Source of the DNA: Ginglymostoma cirratum
Taxonomy: Eukaryota
Direction: 5' to 3'
NCBI GenBank assembly: GCA_024137785.1
Contig: JAHRHZ010000022.1
Location: 32,158,511-32,222,510, forward strand
DNA: 64,000 nucleotides
A program made the position numbers and the translations under genes. The notes below the pieces were generated by a model. That model was not told the origin of the DNA and did no database searches. It saw only the letters and a list, made by a program, of their open reading frames with translations. Below, in pieces: positions 13,650 to 24,871 of this stretch; position 1 is the stretch's first letter, and each line of letters opens with the position of its first letter.

Positions 13650-14095
13650 CACCTTCAACAAAGGTCTAGGACAAAGCAGCCCGCTTAATTGGTACCACAT
13701 CCACAAACACTGAATCACTCCACCACTGACACTCAGTTGCAGCAGCATGTGCTACCTCCAAGATGCACTGCAGAAATTTGCCGAAGATACTTAGACAGCA
13801 CCTTCTAAACCCATAACCACTACCATCTAGAGGTACAAGTAAGAATAACAGATACATGGGAACACCGTCACCCACAAGTCTCCCTCCAAGCCACTCACAG
13901 CCTTGCCTTGAAAATATATGTCTGTTCTTGACATATCCTGAAGTCCTTTCCTAACAGCATTGTGGGTCTACCACCAGCACACGGACTGCAATGGTTCAAG
14001 AAGGCAGCTCACCACCATATTTGCAAGGGCAATGAGGAACCCACAAGGAATGCTGGCCCAACCAGCAATGTCCACATCTCATGGATGGAAAAAAC
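13650..14095 (+). mobile_element. Non-LTR retrotransposon (CR1/L2-group LINE) 3' end
   Basis: GGACAAAGCAGCCCGCTTAATTGG...CTCACCACCA...AAGGGCAA...AATGCTGGCC...GTCCACATC followed by an A-run. The same tail occurs at 21380-21500, 24800-24871 and 44590-44650. Confidence 0.75.
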
Positions 14096-14224
14096 GCAAA
14101 ACAAGCTCTTAATTATGGATTAAATTACCAATTTATGCAGTTTTATCTTGCCAATCAAATCAATGATCCCAAGAAGAGATCTTTTGAAAATCTTGTTTGC
14201 CTTTGGCTTCACAGAATTAATACA

Positions 14225-15200
14225 TCCAGTCTTTCAACGAAGATCAGAAAGATCCAGTAGAGATTTGGAAAGTGCTGAAAGACCATCTCATGATAGTCAT
14301 TAACTTCAGGAAAACCAGACTCTAACTCAGGTCAGAGAAACAAAAACCCCAACAGCTTATTAATAAGTTTGTTGAAAGACTCTACAGCAAAAGGTATGAA
14401 AGTGACATCTCTGAAGAGGATGTCTCAGAGGAGCTCAACAAAATACTAAACACCCCTGCACCAGTTAAAGCTTTTGGGAAGGATCTTCTGAGAAAGGGAA
14501 AAGGCCACACTATTCTTGAAGATGGACACAAATATGAAAACAAGGGACAGGCCAATAAGCATCACATGCTTATGGTGCAACCAATATTTTTTGCCACCTA
14601 CACAAAGCCAATGATATCTGCACAGAATGTAGCACCAAGGGCATGCATGTGCAGAAAATATGGTTCCAGAGGCCAAGTCAGACTCCAAAACTGAACACAG
14701 GTAATCAACAATATGGTACAGTGCTGCAACACTGGCAGCAGGTTAAGCATTAAGAAGGTACACAAACAGAAACGTATTGATGAAGTGCACAGTCAACTAA
14801 GTGAAAGACACATTTCTAAAGCTGACCAAATTGTCTACATTGTTAACCTCGTGGACCTCGTCACTGGTATTATCTGATCAAAATCTTCTATGAGTATTTG
14901 CATCCTATGCCCTGAAAATGCACAGTGATACATATTAAAGGTTAAAATTGACACAGAAACTTAACGCCAACACACTACCACTTCATGTCTTGAAAACCTA
15001 TACCCTAGTAACTGCTGCTCCACGATTCAGCCTATGAGAGACTGTCTCTCAGCCTATAACGGATTACCAATTTCATGCAATGGAAGTATCACGCTGCAGT
15101 ACAAATATCTAAGCTTATTTTAGCTTTCCAAAATCTGTTACTGGGTAGATACCAACTGTCTAGCAGTGGCAGGACATCCAGAGTGCACAGGTCTTGGTGT
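14225..15200 (+). mobile_element. Decayed Ty3/Gypsy LTR retrotransposon gag-protease relic
   Basis: Manual translation gives EDQKDPVEIWKVLKDHL (about 14239, gag-like), LKVKIDTE (14935-14958, mutated D-T-G aspartic protease motif) then NANTLP, and LSAYNGLPISCNGSITLQYKY (15046-15108). Stops and frameshifts are present. Confidence 0.7.
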
Positions 15201-16129
15201 AAGATGCAAGCCTTAGGAACAGAAGTAGGCCACTGGATCTGCTACAGATAACTAGGGCTGATTTTTTTTCAAAGAATACTGTTAATGACATATGATCCTA
15301 ACATGAAATTAAAATCCAGAAATCCTGAAACTGACCAATTGCAGCCATTGAATCTAGTCTTTCAGGTGGCAAATTGTTCCTGTATGTTTTTAAAACTATA
15401 CATTTAATTTTTTTAAATTACCTTTATGCTGCTTTTCTCTCTTTCTGAATTCAATCTTTCTCTTTCTGTATGTAATTTAACTCGTCCAATTCCCCTCATC
15501 ATTCATATTGTTTCTTTCTCTATTCTTGCAATTCACTCGTTAAGCAGAAACGACATTGGATCTGATGTCCAGGGCTCTTAGTTGCTCCGTGGTATTGCAT
15601 TAATTCACATTTCCAGCAATTTTCAGCATAAAGGCAACATGACCTGTCAGGTGAAGAGAATATCCAAATTCTGCCATTCGCAACTAGCATGCCCCAGTTC
15701 AGGAACCTCTTGGCCATTCAATTTATTGTTGTTGTTGACTTTTCCATGATTTATTACTGGTGTGGATTGAGAATTGATTTTTTTCTATTTTGTCTGTATC
15801 AAATCTTTCTAGTTTTGCGAAATGCAGCAGAAGCTGTTTATACTGTGGTGCGAAACAGCAATAGTATGGTAAGTCCTACAGATAACCAGGGTTCAGGAAA
15901 TAGATGAGAACAGGAAACTGTGTGGGAAGCAATGGAAAAATGGGATGATTTAAGAAAATATGAAAACAGAGAAATTTATAAAGAGCACCAAAAGAAAACA
16001 ACGTACAACATCAAAGAATTGTTAAACGTCTTATTATTGGAATAACTTGTTCCATTAACATTCAGCTTTCAACCTTGCCAAACAAACTAGATATTGAGAA
16101 AACTCAAAATGGAAGCCAGAGCAGGTACC

Positions 16130-17797
16130 TGGCAGATTCAGCTCACCACTTGCTCCAGATGACAACGTTGGATACTGTGCACTAATGTCCTGAGGCATGG
16201 TCTATGAGCACCGATTATGTGGACCCCATGTCCACAGATATTTGCATCCAATATGTGCCAGCCTGTAAGACCCCTCATGGCACATCTCTGATCCATGCAC
16301 AGGATGTTTCTGCACTTCAGTGCTGCATCTTGGGCTACACTAGCAGCTATCATTGGAACACTGCAGCGAGGACACTGCGTACTCAGGGACACACACCATG
16401 TTCATACACTGTATCTCCAGGTTCTTTACTCACTGTCACAGAGCTCCCTTGCTTTGACCCAACCTGTATGTTCACGGCATCTCAGCCTTGCATTACCTTG
16501 CCTTGTTGTACTTTGCTCCCTCAGCCGGAGAATAAAGGCACATATTATTGCTATCTTGCTTTGTCCTTTAGCACTTACATGAAGGACAAAACAAAACTCT
16601 CATGGTTGCCAGGTCTCTGTCAAATCAATGATGTTAGCCTTTGCACAGGAGCTCCCTGCACAGTGCGTCAAGGTTAACCTCCATTACCAGTGCATTATCT
16701 TGGAAATGGTCAATTAACCACTTGGGGCAGTTACGGTCAGAACGTTCTCCAAAGAAAGGATGAGGAATTGAATGTTGTGCAGCCCATGACCTGTCTGGGT
16801 CTTTCTGCCATGTCAGGAGCTGCTTTCCTCCTGGAATGAGAGAGAGGTGGGTTTGAAGGGAGATGAAAGTGGGTGGTACAGCTGTTACTTCTGGTGCAGG
16901 TGGGAAGGTGCCCCAATCTAGTAGGCAGTGCAGAGGGCAGGCAGGGTTAGGGGTGGATGAGAGCAATTGAGGGAAGATGTTCCAGACAATAGTGAAAGTG
17001 GAAGAGAATGAGTCTGGGAAGGAGGTGGGTGCAGTAGCAGAGATAGACTGAGTGTGAGGTGACAAATACATGATGGTTGGCACTTACTCTGGCAGAGTGG
17101 AGAAGGTCATTGAACTTCTTCTTATGTTGATGTACATTCCTTCAGATGGTTGAGACTGCACTGACCTGGCTCGCAAATTAGACCTCCCTGGCATGGTCTG
17201 GTTTTAAGGCCCCAACTGCAGGCCTTGAGTTGGAAGATTAAGTCCCACCTCTGCATCACTCCATCCAGCAGGACCTCCAGGTCCCTCCCTGTACTGTGGG
17301 ATGCCCGTGACCGCCAAGTCTGGGGAAAATGTCAGGAACTATGCAGGGCAGCTCCATGCCGACAGTATTTTTTCTGGGTGTACAATGCACTTTTAAAGAT
17401 TGTGCAGCTGCAAGGGATGCTGGTGAATCCCAGGACATCTCCAGAGTGACAAGTTTTGTGGGAATGGCATGTGGTAAGATGGGGCTAGAATCATTTGTCA
17501 GGGATTTATTGGAGGTAAGGAAGGTACTTAATAAGGTGAAGTTGTTAAGATACAGCAAGAAAAGTCACTGGGCCTTGCAGTGGAAACCCCTCCAAAAATC
17601 TCAGCGCAACTTAGCCTTTGCCAAAAATCAAAGTTTTATCTGATACCTGTGTTTCACTTGGGATGCGTTTCAAGTGCATGGGAATTGACTAGCACACACA
17701 TTGAGGATAAGATTAGTTGGAGTGGAAAATGCCCCATCTTATGGCCATTTTGTGGCACCATCACAAGGAAAAGACATTAAAATAAGGAAATTGACCC
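16130..17797 (-). mobile_element. PIF/Harbinger-derived DNA transposon relic
   Basis: Carries a Myb/SANT-like gene relic and ends in GGAAATTGACCC (17786-17797), a TIR-like end. The left boundary is uncertain. Confidence 0.55.
16740..17300 (-). pseudogene. Harbinger-type Myb/SANT-like (NAIF1/MSANTD-like) DNA-binding protein relic with an intron
   Basis: Minus translation RDLEVLLDGVMQRWDLIF...ASQVSAVSTI*RNVHQHKKKFNDLLHSAR, then a GTAAGT donor (17087-17082). A polypyrimidine-CAG acceptor ends at 16831, then EESSS*HGRKTQTGHGLHNIQFL. Confidence 0.65.
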
Positions 17798-18750
17798 ATT
17801 AAATTACGACACTGGAATGTATACAAAGATAAAAGATGATGACAGAAACAGCAACAATATATTTGAAGAGAAATAATGGGGAAAAAAATGGAATTACCCA
17901 ATTTTTAAAATCTTAAAATAGAGTGTAAGCCACAATTAATATTGTCTTGTAATAATATATTTCTAATTACCATTTTTAGAGACGTTCATAACAACTGAGA
18001 TATTATTTTGCCAGGAATGGCCTATTCTTGTGCGTGTGGCTACACTGGAGTAATATAAATGGTTAAAAGCAGTGGAATGCTTGAAATACTGAAATCAGAA
18101 ATACAAGACTATCTCATTCTAAAGGTTGACAGTCAGTGGCATTTCATTTTAACAGTGGACAGAAAGAAATTCTCCAAAAGACACAATGCTTCAAGCATCA
18201 CCTCAGGAGAAATTATTTCCTCAAGATTCCTGAAAGTACTTGCTGAATCACAAAGACTCTTCGGTTTCACTAAACGACTTTTACTCCTTATGAAGCTTAT
18301 GCTGCTCTTACTGTCTTCTTCCATTAGAGAACTTTCTTTTCCCATTGAAATCAATTAATCATAAGTGAACTGCTTCAACCCGACATTTGAATATGGATCC
18401 AAATTGCAGCAGAGCGATGTCTAGCCATCAGCGACTGTATACCTTTGATTTAAACCTTAATTAGAAAATAGACATTTGTTAATGTCAGGAAAAGTTGATT
18501 TGTTGTTTTTTGAACAGAAGTAGTGTATAATAAATGGTTTATTGACTGGATAGGATGTCTTCAAATGCATTGTAATGAATTTTTTTGCTTGGTCATTACA
18601 GTGAGCCTGTTGATGAGAATGCAGCTTTGTACTCGTACTTAATGCTTCTGATTTCAGCAACAGCTTTTGCATGAATGAGGAAAATATAGCAGTGGCCAAC
18701 AAACAATGCTGCCAGGTTTTTTCCTCATTTCAAGTTATAGAGGTTTATAA

Positions 18751-19419
18751 TGACCCCTCAGACTGATCTCAGTCTGATGCTTTACCTGTTCTGTAGTCCC
18801 TGAGCTGCAGTAGTTCATATCTTCATCCATTGTCCTCCTTATGATGTTGTACTGCAGTGCTGCTAATGTATACAAGGATTGCTGCTGTTGCCAACCCGTC
18901 TAGAGGCCTTTAATACATAATTCAGTAACCTAATTATACAATAGGTTAACAGTCTATGTGCACATTTGATTTTAGTCAGAGTGGCTGTCACTGTTTCATT
19001 GCCAAACAGACCAAAATAGTAAATATATGTAAGCAAACAGATTTCATGGCTCATCAGTAAATTGGTCTACTGGGCGATTCACTGTACAGATTGGGTGAGG
19101 CTGTGAATAGTCTGTACCAGCAGCACGAACCAGTCTGTTTCTCACTGCATCTGATTCCCTTTCCTCTGAAGGTCCAAGACAACCATTCAAGTTCTTCGAG
19201 GAAACTCATCCACTGGTTTCACTGTAGCTTTTATTTAATTTGGAATTGAACATAGTCAATCGAAAGCAAAGACCGATGTAGTGAAAATTCAGCTGCCAAT
19301 TCACTGCAGGGCCATTTCGGGCTGTGGCCTCGTTCACTTTCACCTCCAGAATGGCCTCATTGGGATGATCGATCTATGCTGTGCATTGGTGAGACTGGTG
19401 ATCCAGCAGGGTCAGTTCT
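18751..19419 (-). mobile_element. Possible ancient L1/Tx1 ORF1-like relic flanked by 26-bp direct repeats
   Basis: Minus ORF 18863-19054 contains KIKCAHRL...IIRLLNYVLKASRR, resembling the L1 ORF1 IERAHR...IIVRFLNY motif. Confidence 0.35.
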
Positions 19420-19432
19420 TCATTTCAAGTTA

Positions 19433-19800
19433 TAGAGGTTTATAAAATCACAAGGGGCATGGATAGGGTGAATAGGTAAGGTCTTTTCCCTGGGGTGGGG
19501 GAAACCCAGAACTAGAGGGCACAGGTTTAAGGTGAGACGGGAAAGATTAACAGAGTACCTAAGGGACAACTTCTTCATGCAGAGGGTGGTGTGTGAATGG
19601 AAGAGCTGCCAGAGGAAGTGGTGGAGGCTGGTACAATTACAACATTTAAAAGGCGTCTGGATGGGTACATGAGTAGGAAAGGTTTAAAGGGATATGGGCC
19701 AAATGCTGGCAAATGGGACTAGATTAATTTAGGATATCTGGTCGGCATAGCCGAGTTGGACCAAAGGGTTTGTTTGCGTGCTGTACATCTCTATGACTCT
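19433..19800 (+). mobile_element. 5'-truncated CR1 LINE with 7-bp TSD
   Basis: Begins TAGAGGTTTATAAAATC (IEVYKI) and ends CTCTATGACTCT. CAAGTTA is duplicated at 19426-19432 and 19802-19808. Confidence 0.9.
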
Positions 19801-20094
19801 GCAAGTTAAAAGTAAGAAGTCTTAACTTCTCCCCGAAAGCTTAGGCATAAGAGTTTTTTGTGCAGTACTGAATCCACAAAGCTGGATTTAGACTGTGCAG
19901 TCTGAGCATCTACAATCTATTTAAAAGTCCAGGATAAAGCAATCCTGTTCAGTCAGCTGTACTCTCAAAACATCTTTCTTTATTCTAGTAGCTGCTGCTA
20001 AAAAAATGAAATTTATTTGAAGATAAACTGGAGGAAAACTCTTTATTCAGGTAAAGTTTATATAGCTTTTTCTTTCAAACAGAGAAGCTATTCT

Positions 20095-20270
20095 TCTGTA
20101 TGTGTGAATGAATGTGTGCATGCATGTCTGAATGTATGTGTTTGCATTTGTGCATGTGTGCGCCTCAGTGTGTTTGCACATGTTTGCATTTGGGTGTATT
20201 TGCATGTGTGTTTGTAAGTGTGGGTTTATGAGCACATATTTGAATGCATGCATGTACATTCATGCATGAA
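20095..20270. repeat. Degenerate (TG)n / TGCA microsatellite
   Basis: Low-complexity TGTG/TGCA run containing seven TGCATG hexamers. Confidence 0.85.
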
Positions 20271-20449
20271 GGACAACAAGCTGCATTTTTGTTAACAATG
20301 GGGCAGATAATCATAAATATCAGTTTGGGCACAACTTGGTGTCAATATGTTTATTTCAGCCATCCTTTGTGATTCCATTTGTGATCTCTTCCGTCAAAAA
20401 CCCTCTTTGAGGGACACCTAGTTGACCCAAGGAATACTTGTTAAGAGAT

Positions 20450-20690
20450 TTTAATCAACCTGCTCATATTACAACACACCTCTGGATCAGGTGGTACTTG
20501 GATCTGGTTCTCCTGGCTCAGAAGTACGGACATTCCCGCTGCACCACAGGAACCCTTTCTACCAATGTTAAGGATGTTTTCTATTCAACCTGTTCTGAGA
20601 TGTTATTACACACTCCTGGTGCAGGTGGAACTTGAATTTGGGTCTACTGGCTCGGAGATAGGCATAACATCACTGTACGGAAAGATCCCT
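20450..20690 (-). mobile_element. Tandem pair of short tRNA-derived SINE-like units
   Basis: Two diverged units of about 105 bp start with TCAACCTG (about 20455 and 20585). Each contains ACAC..CTGG..CAGGTGG.ACTTG...CTGGCTC.GA with antisense A/B-box-like sequence. Confidence 0.55.
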
Positions 20691-21379
20691 TTTTGTTCTA
20701 CTCTCGTTCATAATAAAAAGAGACCTATATGTCACCTTCACTTACTTGGTGTGTTGTATTGGACTCCATTGATATACTGAATTCCACTGAAGCTTGTGGA
20801 GGGGAACTGCTGCCATAGGGAATCTCCACTTTGGCTTTTTACCTCAAGGTTCCAAGAATTAGAAACATGCCAAAGATTCACAAAGATGGCAGAGACTGAG
20901 CACGGTTGGATTTCTGGCTATGGCTCCAACAGGCAGATAAAAAAATTTGACAGAAGCTCCTGAGGAACTTCAGGACCACAGTGCATTTGTTCAATGGAAT
21001 TAAATTAATTTGTTGTGGAAACTTGCAGAGTGTTAATCGTTTCACCTGATTGTCACCCTGATTGTGTTCACACTTAGAGGAGGTGAACTTTCAAATTACT
21101 GATTATTGCAAGGAAACACGAGAGAGTGAAATAGGGAATAAGAGTTTCTAAACAAATAGAATGACAGGCCTCAGGTTTTTTTTGTTTTAAAACATAAGAA
21201 AAACAAATGAGTTAAATTTTGAGATCTGTAATTACAAACATTTTTAGTTAATACTGCTAGTGTTTACATTTTTAATACTCATAAGCAAGAAGAGAGACTG
21301 GTTATGAAATAGTCACAGAATATCACAGTAAATGTTTTGAAAATTTGATTAGAAAATCAAAACCTAGTTCTGCAGCACT

Positions 21380-21500
21380 TTTTTTTTATTCTCTCAAGGG
21401 ACATGGGTATCACTAGATGGGCCCAGCATTTATTGCCCATCCATAGCTGTCCTTGAGAAGGTGATGGTGAGCTGCTTTCTTGAACTGCTGCTGAACATAT
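21380..21500 (-). mobile_element. LINE/SINE 3' tail fragment
   Basis: A T-run followed by GGCCCAGCATTTATTGCCCATCC...CCTTGAGAAGGTGATGGTGAGCTGCTTTCTTGAAC, the antisense of the 13650-14095 tail. Confidence 0.75.
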
Positions 21501-21789
21501 GCTGGACTTGGGATCCTTCTGCACTTAAGTGTTGACAGGTCAAGACTTTTTCTTCTTCAATGATCAGTTCCTCAATTTCAATTTCCAGCATTTTGTCCAG
21601 CTCCCCCTTTGCACTGATTCCAGAAAAATCAGCCAAACTAGTGGACCTGACTCCTCCTGTCGATTCTGCCAAATTCTTTTGCAATGTAAGCAAATCTGAG
21701 GGTGATGTTATTGTTGTATCAAAGCCCAACAGTTCTCAGTTTATAATTGGGGGAAGGGTAATTACAATTCTGTTAGGTAAGAACTGGGT

Positions 21790-23934
21790 AATATAAAATG
21801 GGAACAGATGCTGCCAGGAAAGAGCGCAATTGAAATGTGCAGATTGTTTAAGGAGTGCATACTGCGTGTGCTCGATATGTTTGTCCCTAGCAGGCAGGGA
21901 AGATGCGTCAAGTGAGGGAGCTTTAGTTCTCAAGAGAGGTCGAACGACTGGTTAAGAGGAAGGATGCTTACATAAGGTTTAGGAAACAAGGAGCGGAAGA
22001 GGCTCTCGAGGGATACAAGTTATCCAGGAAGGAGCTGAAGAAAGGGCTTAGGAGAGCTATAAGGGGGCATGAGAAAACCTTGGCAGCTAGGATCAAGGAA
22101 AACTCCAAGGCTTTTTACATGTACGTGAGGAACAAGAGAATGACCAGAGAAAGGGGAGGGCCAGTCAAGGATTGTAAAGGGAATTTGTGCACGGAGCCTA
22201 AAAAAACAGGAGAGGTCCTTAATGAATACTTTTCGTCGGTATTCACAACTGAGAGGGACCTAGTTGTAGAGGAGGACAGTGTGAAACAGGCTGGTAGGCT
22301 AGAGGAGGTCAATGTTAGTAAGGAAGATGTACAAGGAATTTTGAGGAACTTGAAGATAGATAAGTCCCCCCGGCCTGATGGGATTTATCCAAGGATTCTA
22401 TGGGAAGCGAAGGAAGAGATCACAGGGCCTTTGGCGATGATCTTTTCATCCTCACTGTCCACGGGTATAGTGCAGGAGATCGGAGAGAGGCAAATGTCAT
22501 TCCCTTGTTCAAAAAAAAGGAATAGGGATACCTCCGGAAATTACAGGCCAGATAGTCTGACGTCAGTGGTGGGCAAATTATTGGAAAGGGCTCTAAGAGA
22601 TAGGATTTATGATCACTTGGAAAGGCACAGTTTGATTCGTGATAGTCAGAATGGATTTGTGAGGGGTAGATCATGCCTCACAAACCTTATTGAATTATTT
22701 GAAGAGGTGACCAAACATGTAGATGATGGTAGAGCAGTGGATGTGGTATACAAGGAGTTAAGTAAGGCGTTTGCTAAGGTTCCCCATGGTAGGCTCATGC
22801 AGAAGGTAAGGAAGCATGGGATAGGGGGAAGTGTGGGAGAATGGATTCAGAATTGGCTGACCCTTAGAAGACAAAAGGTGGTAGAGGACGGACAATATTC
22901 AACATGGTGCTCAGTTACGAGTGGTGTACCATAAGGATCTGTTCTGGGTCCTCATCTATTTGTGATTTTTGTAAATGATTTGGATGTAGGAACGGAGGAT
23001 GGATTAGTAAATTTGCAAACAATATGAAGGTGGGTCGCATTGTGGACAGTGCGGAGGGCTGTTCTAGGTTACAAAGGGACATTGATAGGATGCAGAGCTG
23101 GGCTGAGAAGTGGCAGATGGAGTTTAACCCTGAAAAGTGTGAGGTGGTTCATTTTGGAAGGACAAGCTTGAAATCAGAATACAGGGTTAATGGAACGATT
23201 CTTGGCAGCGTGGAGGAGCAGAGGGATCTTTGGGTTCATGTCCACAGTTCCCTGAAAGCTGCCACCCAGGTGGATAGAGTTGTTAAGAAGGTGTACGGTG
23301 TGTTAGCTTTCATTAATAGAGGGATTGAATTCAAGGGCCGTGAAGTTATGCTCCGGCTATGCAAAAGCCTGGTTCGGCCACAGCTGGAGTATCGTATCCA
23401 GTTCTGGTTGCCTCACTACAGGAAAGTTGTGGAAGCACTGGAAAAGCTGCAGAGGAGATTTACCAGGATGTTGCCTGGAACGGAGGGAAGGTCTTACGAG
23501 GAAAGGTTGAGAGAGCTCGGACTTTTCTCTTTAGAACGACAAAGGATGAGAGGTGACTTGATAGAGGTGTACAAAATGATCAGAGGTATAGGTAGAGTGG
23601 ACAGCCAGAGACTTTTTCCTAGGGTAGAGGTAGCTATTACGAGATGGCATTGTTTTAAAGTGAATTGAGGTAGATATAGGGGAGACGTCAGAGGTGGGTT
23701 CTTTACTCAGAGAGTGGTATGGGCATGGAATGCATTGCCAGAGAGGGTAGTGGAGTCGGCCTCATTATGGGCATTTAAGCGGCTATTAGATATGCATATG
23801 GATGATAGTACAAGGTAGGGGTGGAGGTTAGATAGACGTTAGGATTAGGGTAAAAGTTCGGCACAACATCATGGGCCTAAGGGCCCGTACTGTGCTGTAC
23901 TGTTTTACGTTCTATGTTCTATGTTCTATGTTCT
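21790..23934 (+). mobile_element. CR1 (HER1-like) LINE, 5'-truncated ORF2 reverse transcriptase pseudogene
   Basis: ORFs 22080-22934 and 23024-23668 carry KSPRPDGIYPRIL, NYRPDSLTSVVGK, GRSCLTNL, SGVP*GS (stop at 22932) and ISKFANN (decayed FADD). The element ends in a (TTCTATG)n tail at about 23910-23934. Confidence 0.96.
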
Positions 23935-24654
23935 AATTGCTGCCTAAGTGCAGGTTAAGTCCATCCTTCTCACCAGTATATCAAACTGTTCCTCATGAGT
24001 CCATCATAGTTACCTTGCTGTTTATTCTCAACTTCAAATTGTTAAGAGACAAAAATTAAATATGTAGTCAGTCAGAAATATATTTATTTATAGTTTTCAC
24101 ATCATTATGAAATTTAAATGTGAGCATTAGCAAATCTTTAGAATTTATTGTGACAAAGATAACCCCACCCCCGTGACAAAGCCCACTTTCATACCTAGTC
24201 ACTTGAGTGTTACAATATGGGCAAAACACAAGGGCCGTTCTGGCAATAAAAGAATATGTGTCTGTTGAGGATTTATTTAAACGTATTTTTAAATTCTTTT
24301 TGTTTAAAAGAAATCAATACATTGAATTTCCTTCAACTAATCTCATACAAAAATAACCATTTGTATTCTAATTTGTTTGACAGTTTTGATAACTCTCTGA
24401 CACTTATTTGACAGATTTGACAGCATGTTTCAGGCACACTCTGGTCTACTTTTTGCAATACCAAAGGGTACCTGATGCCCTACTCCAGAGCACCACAGTC
24501 ACCCTCCAAAGGGGATCTGAACTCCGCTAAGGCATTCTGATACCTCACCCTTACAAACGGACACCCTAGCTCTCCAAAATATATTCACTGAAACATACCT
24601 GCTCTAACCTGGTCTGCTGTGCGCACTTGGGCTCCAGAAGCAGTGAAATAAGAG

Positions 24655-24871
24655 TTTAATGATGACCATGATGCCAATTATCATGGAAAAACCATCTGGT
24701 TCACTAATGTCCTTTAGGGCAGGAAACTGCCATCCTTACTTACTGTGGCCCACTGTGACTCCAGACTCACAGCAATGTGGTTGACTCTTAACTGCCCTGT
24801 GGGCAATTAGGGATGAACAATAAATATTGGTCTGGCAGTGATGCCCACATCCCATGACTGAATAAAAAAAA
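24655..24871 (+). mobile_element. Shark SINE, 3' part, sharing its tail with the LINE at 13650-14095
   Basis: CCATCTGGTTCACTAATGTCCTTTAGGG...GGGCAATTAGGGATGAACAATAAATATTGG...GCCCACATCCCATGACTGAATAAAAAAAA. Confidence 0.75.

Noticed and set aside
16204-17083. 157-aa and 149-aa ORFs as host genes
   Set aside because: They lie within a GC-richer Harbinger relic, show no recognisable domain, and are not in the Myb-like reading frame.
22080-23668. Long RT ORFs as an active or domesticated gene
   Set aside because: An in-frame stop in GVPQGS, frameshifts, the catalytic FADD mutated to FANN and 5' truncation mark a dead CR1 copy.
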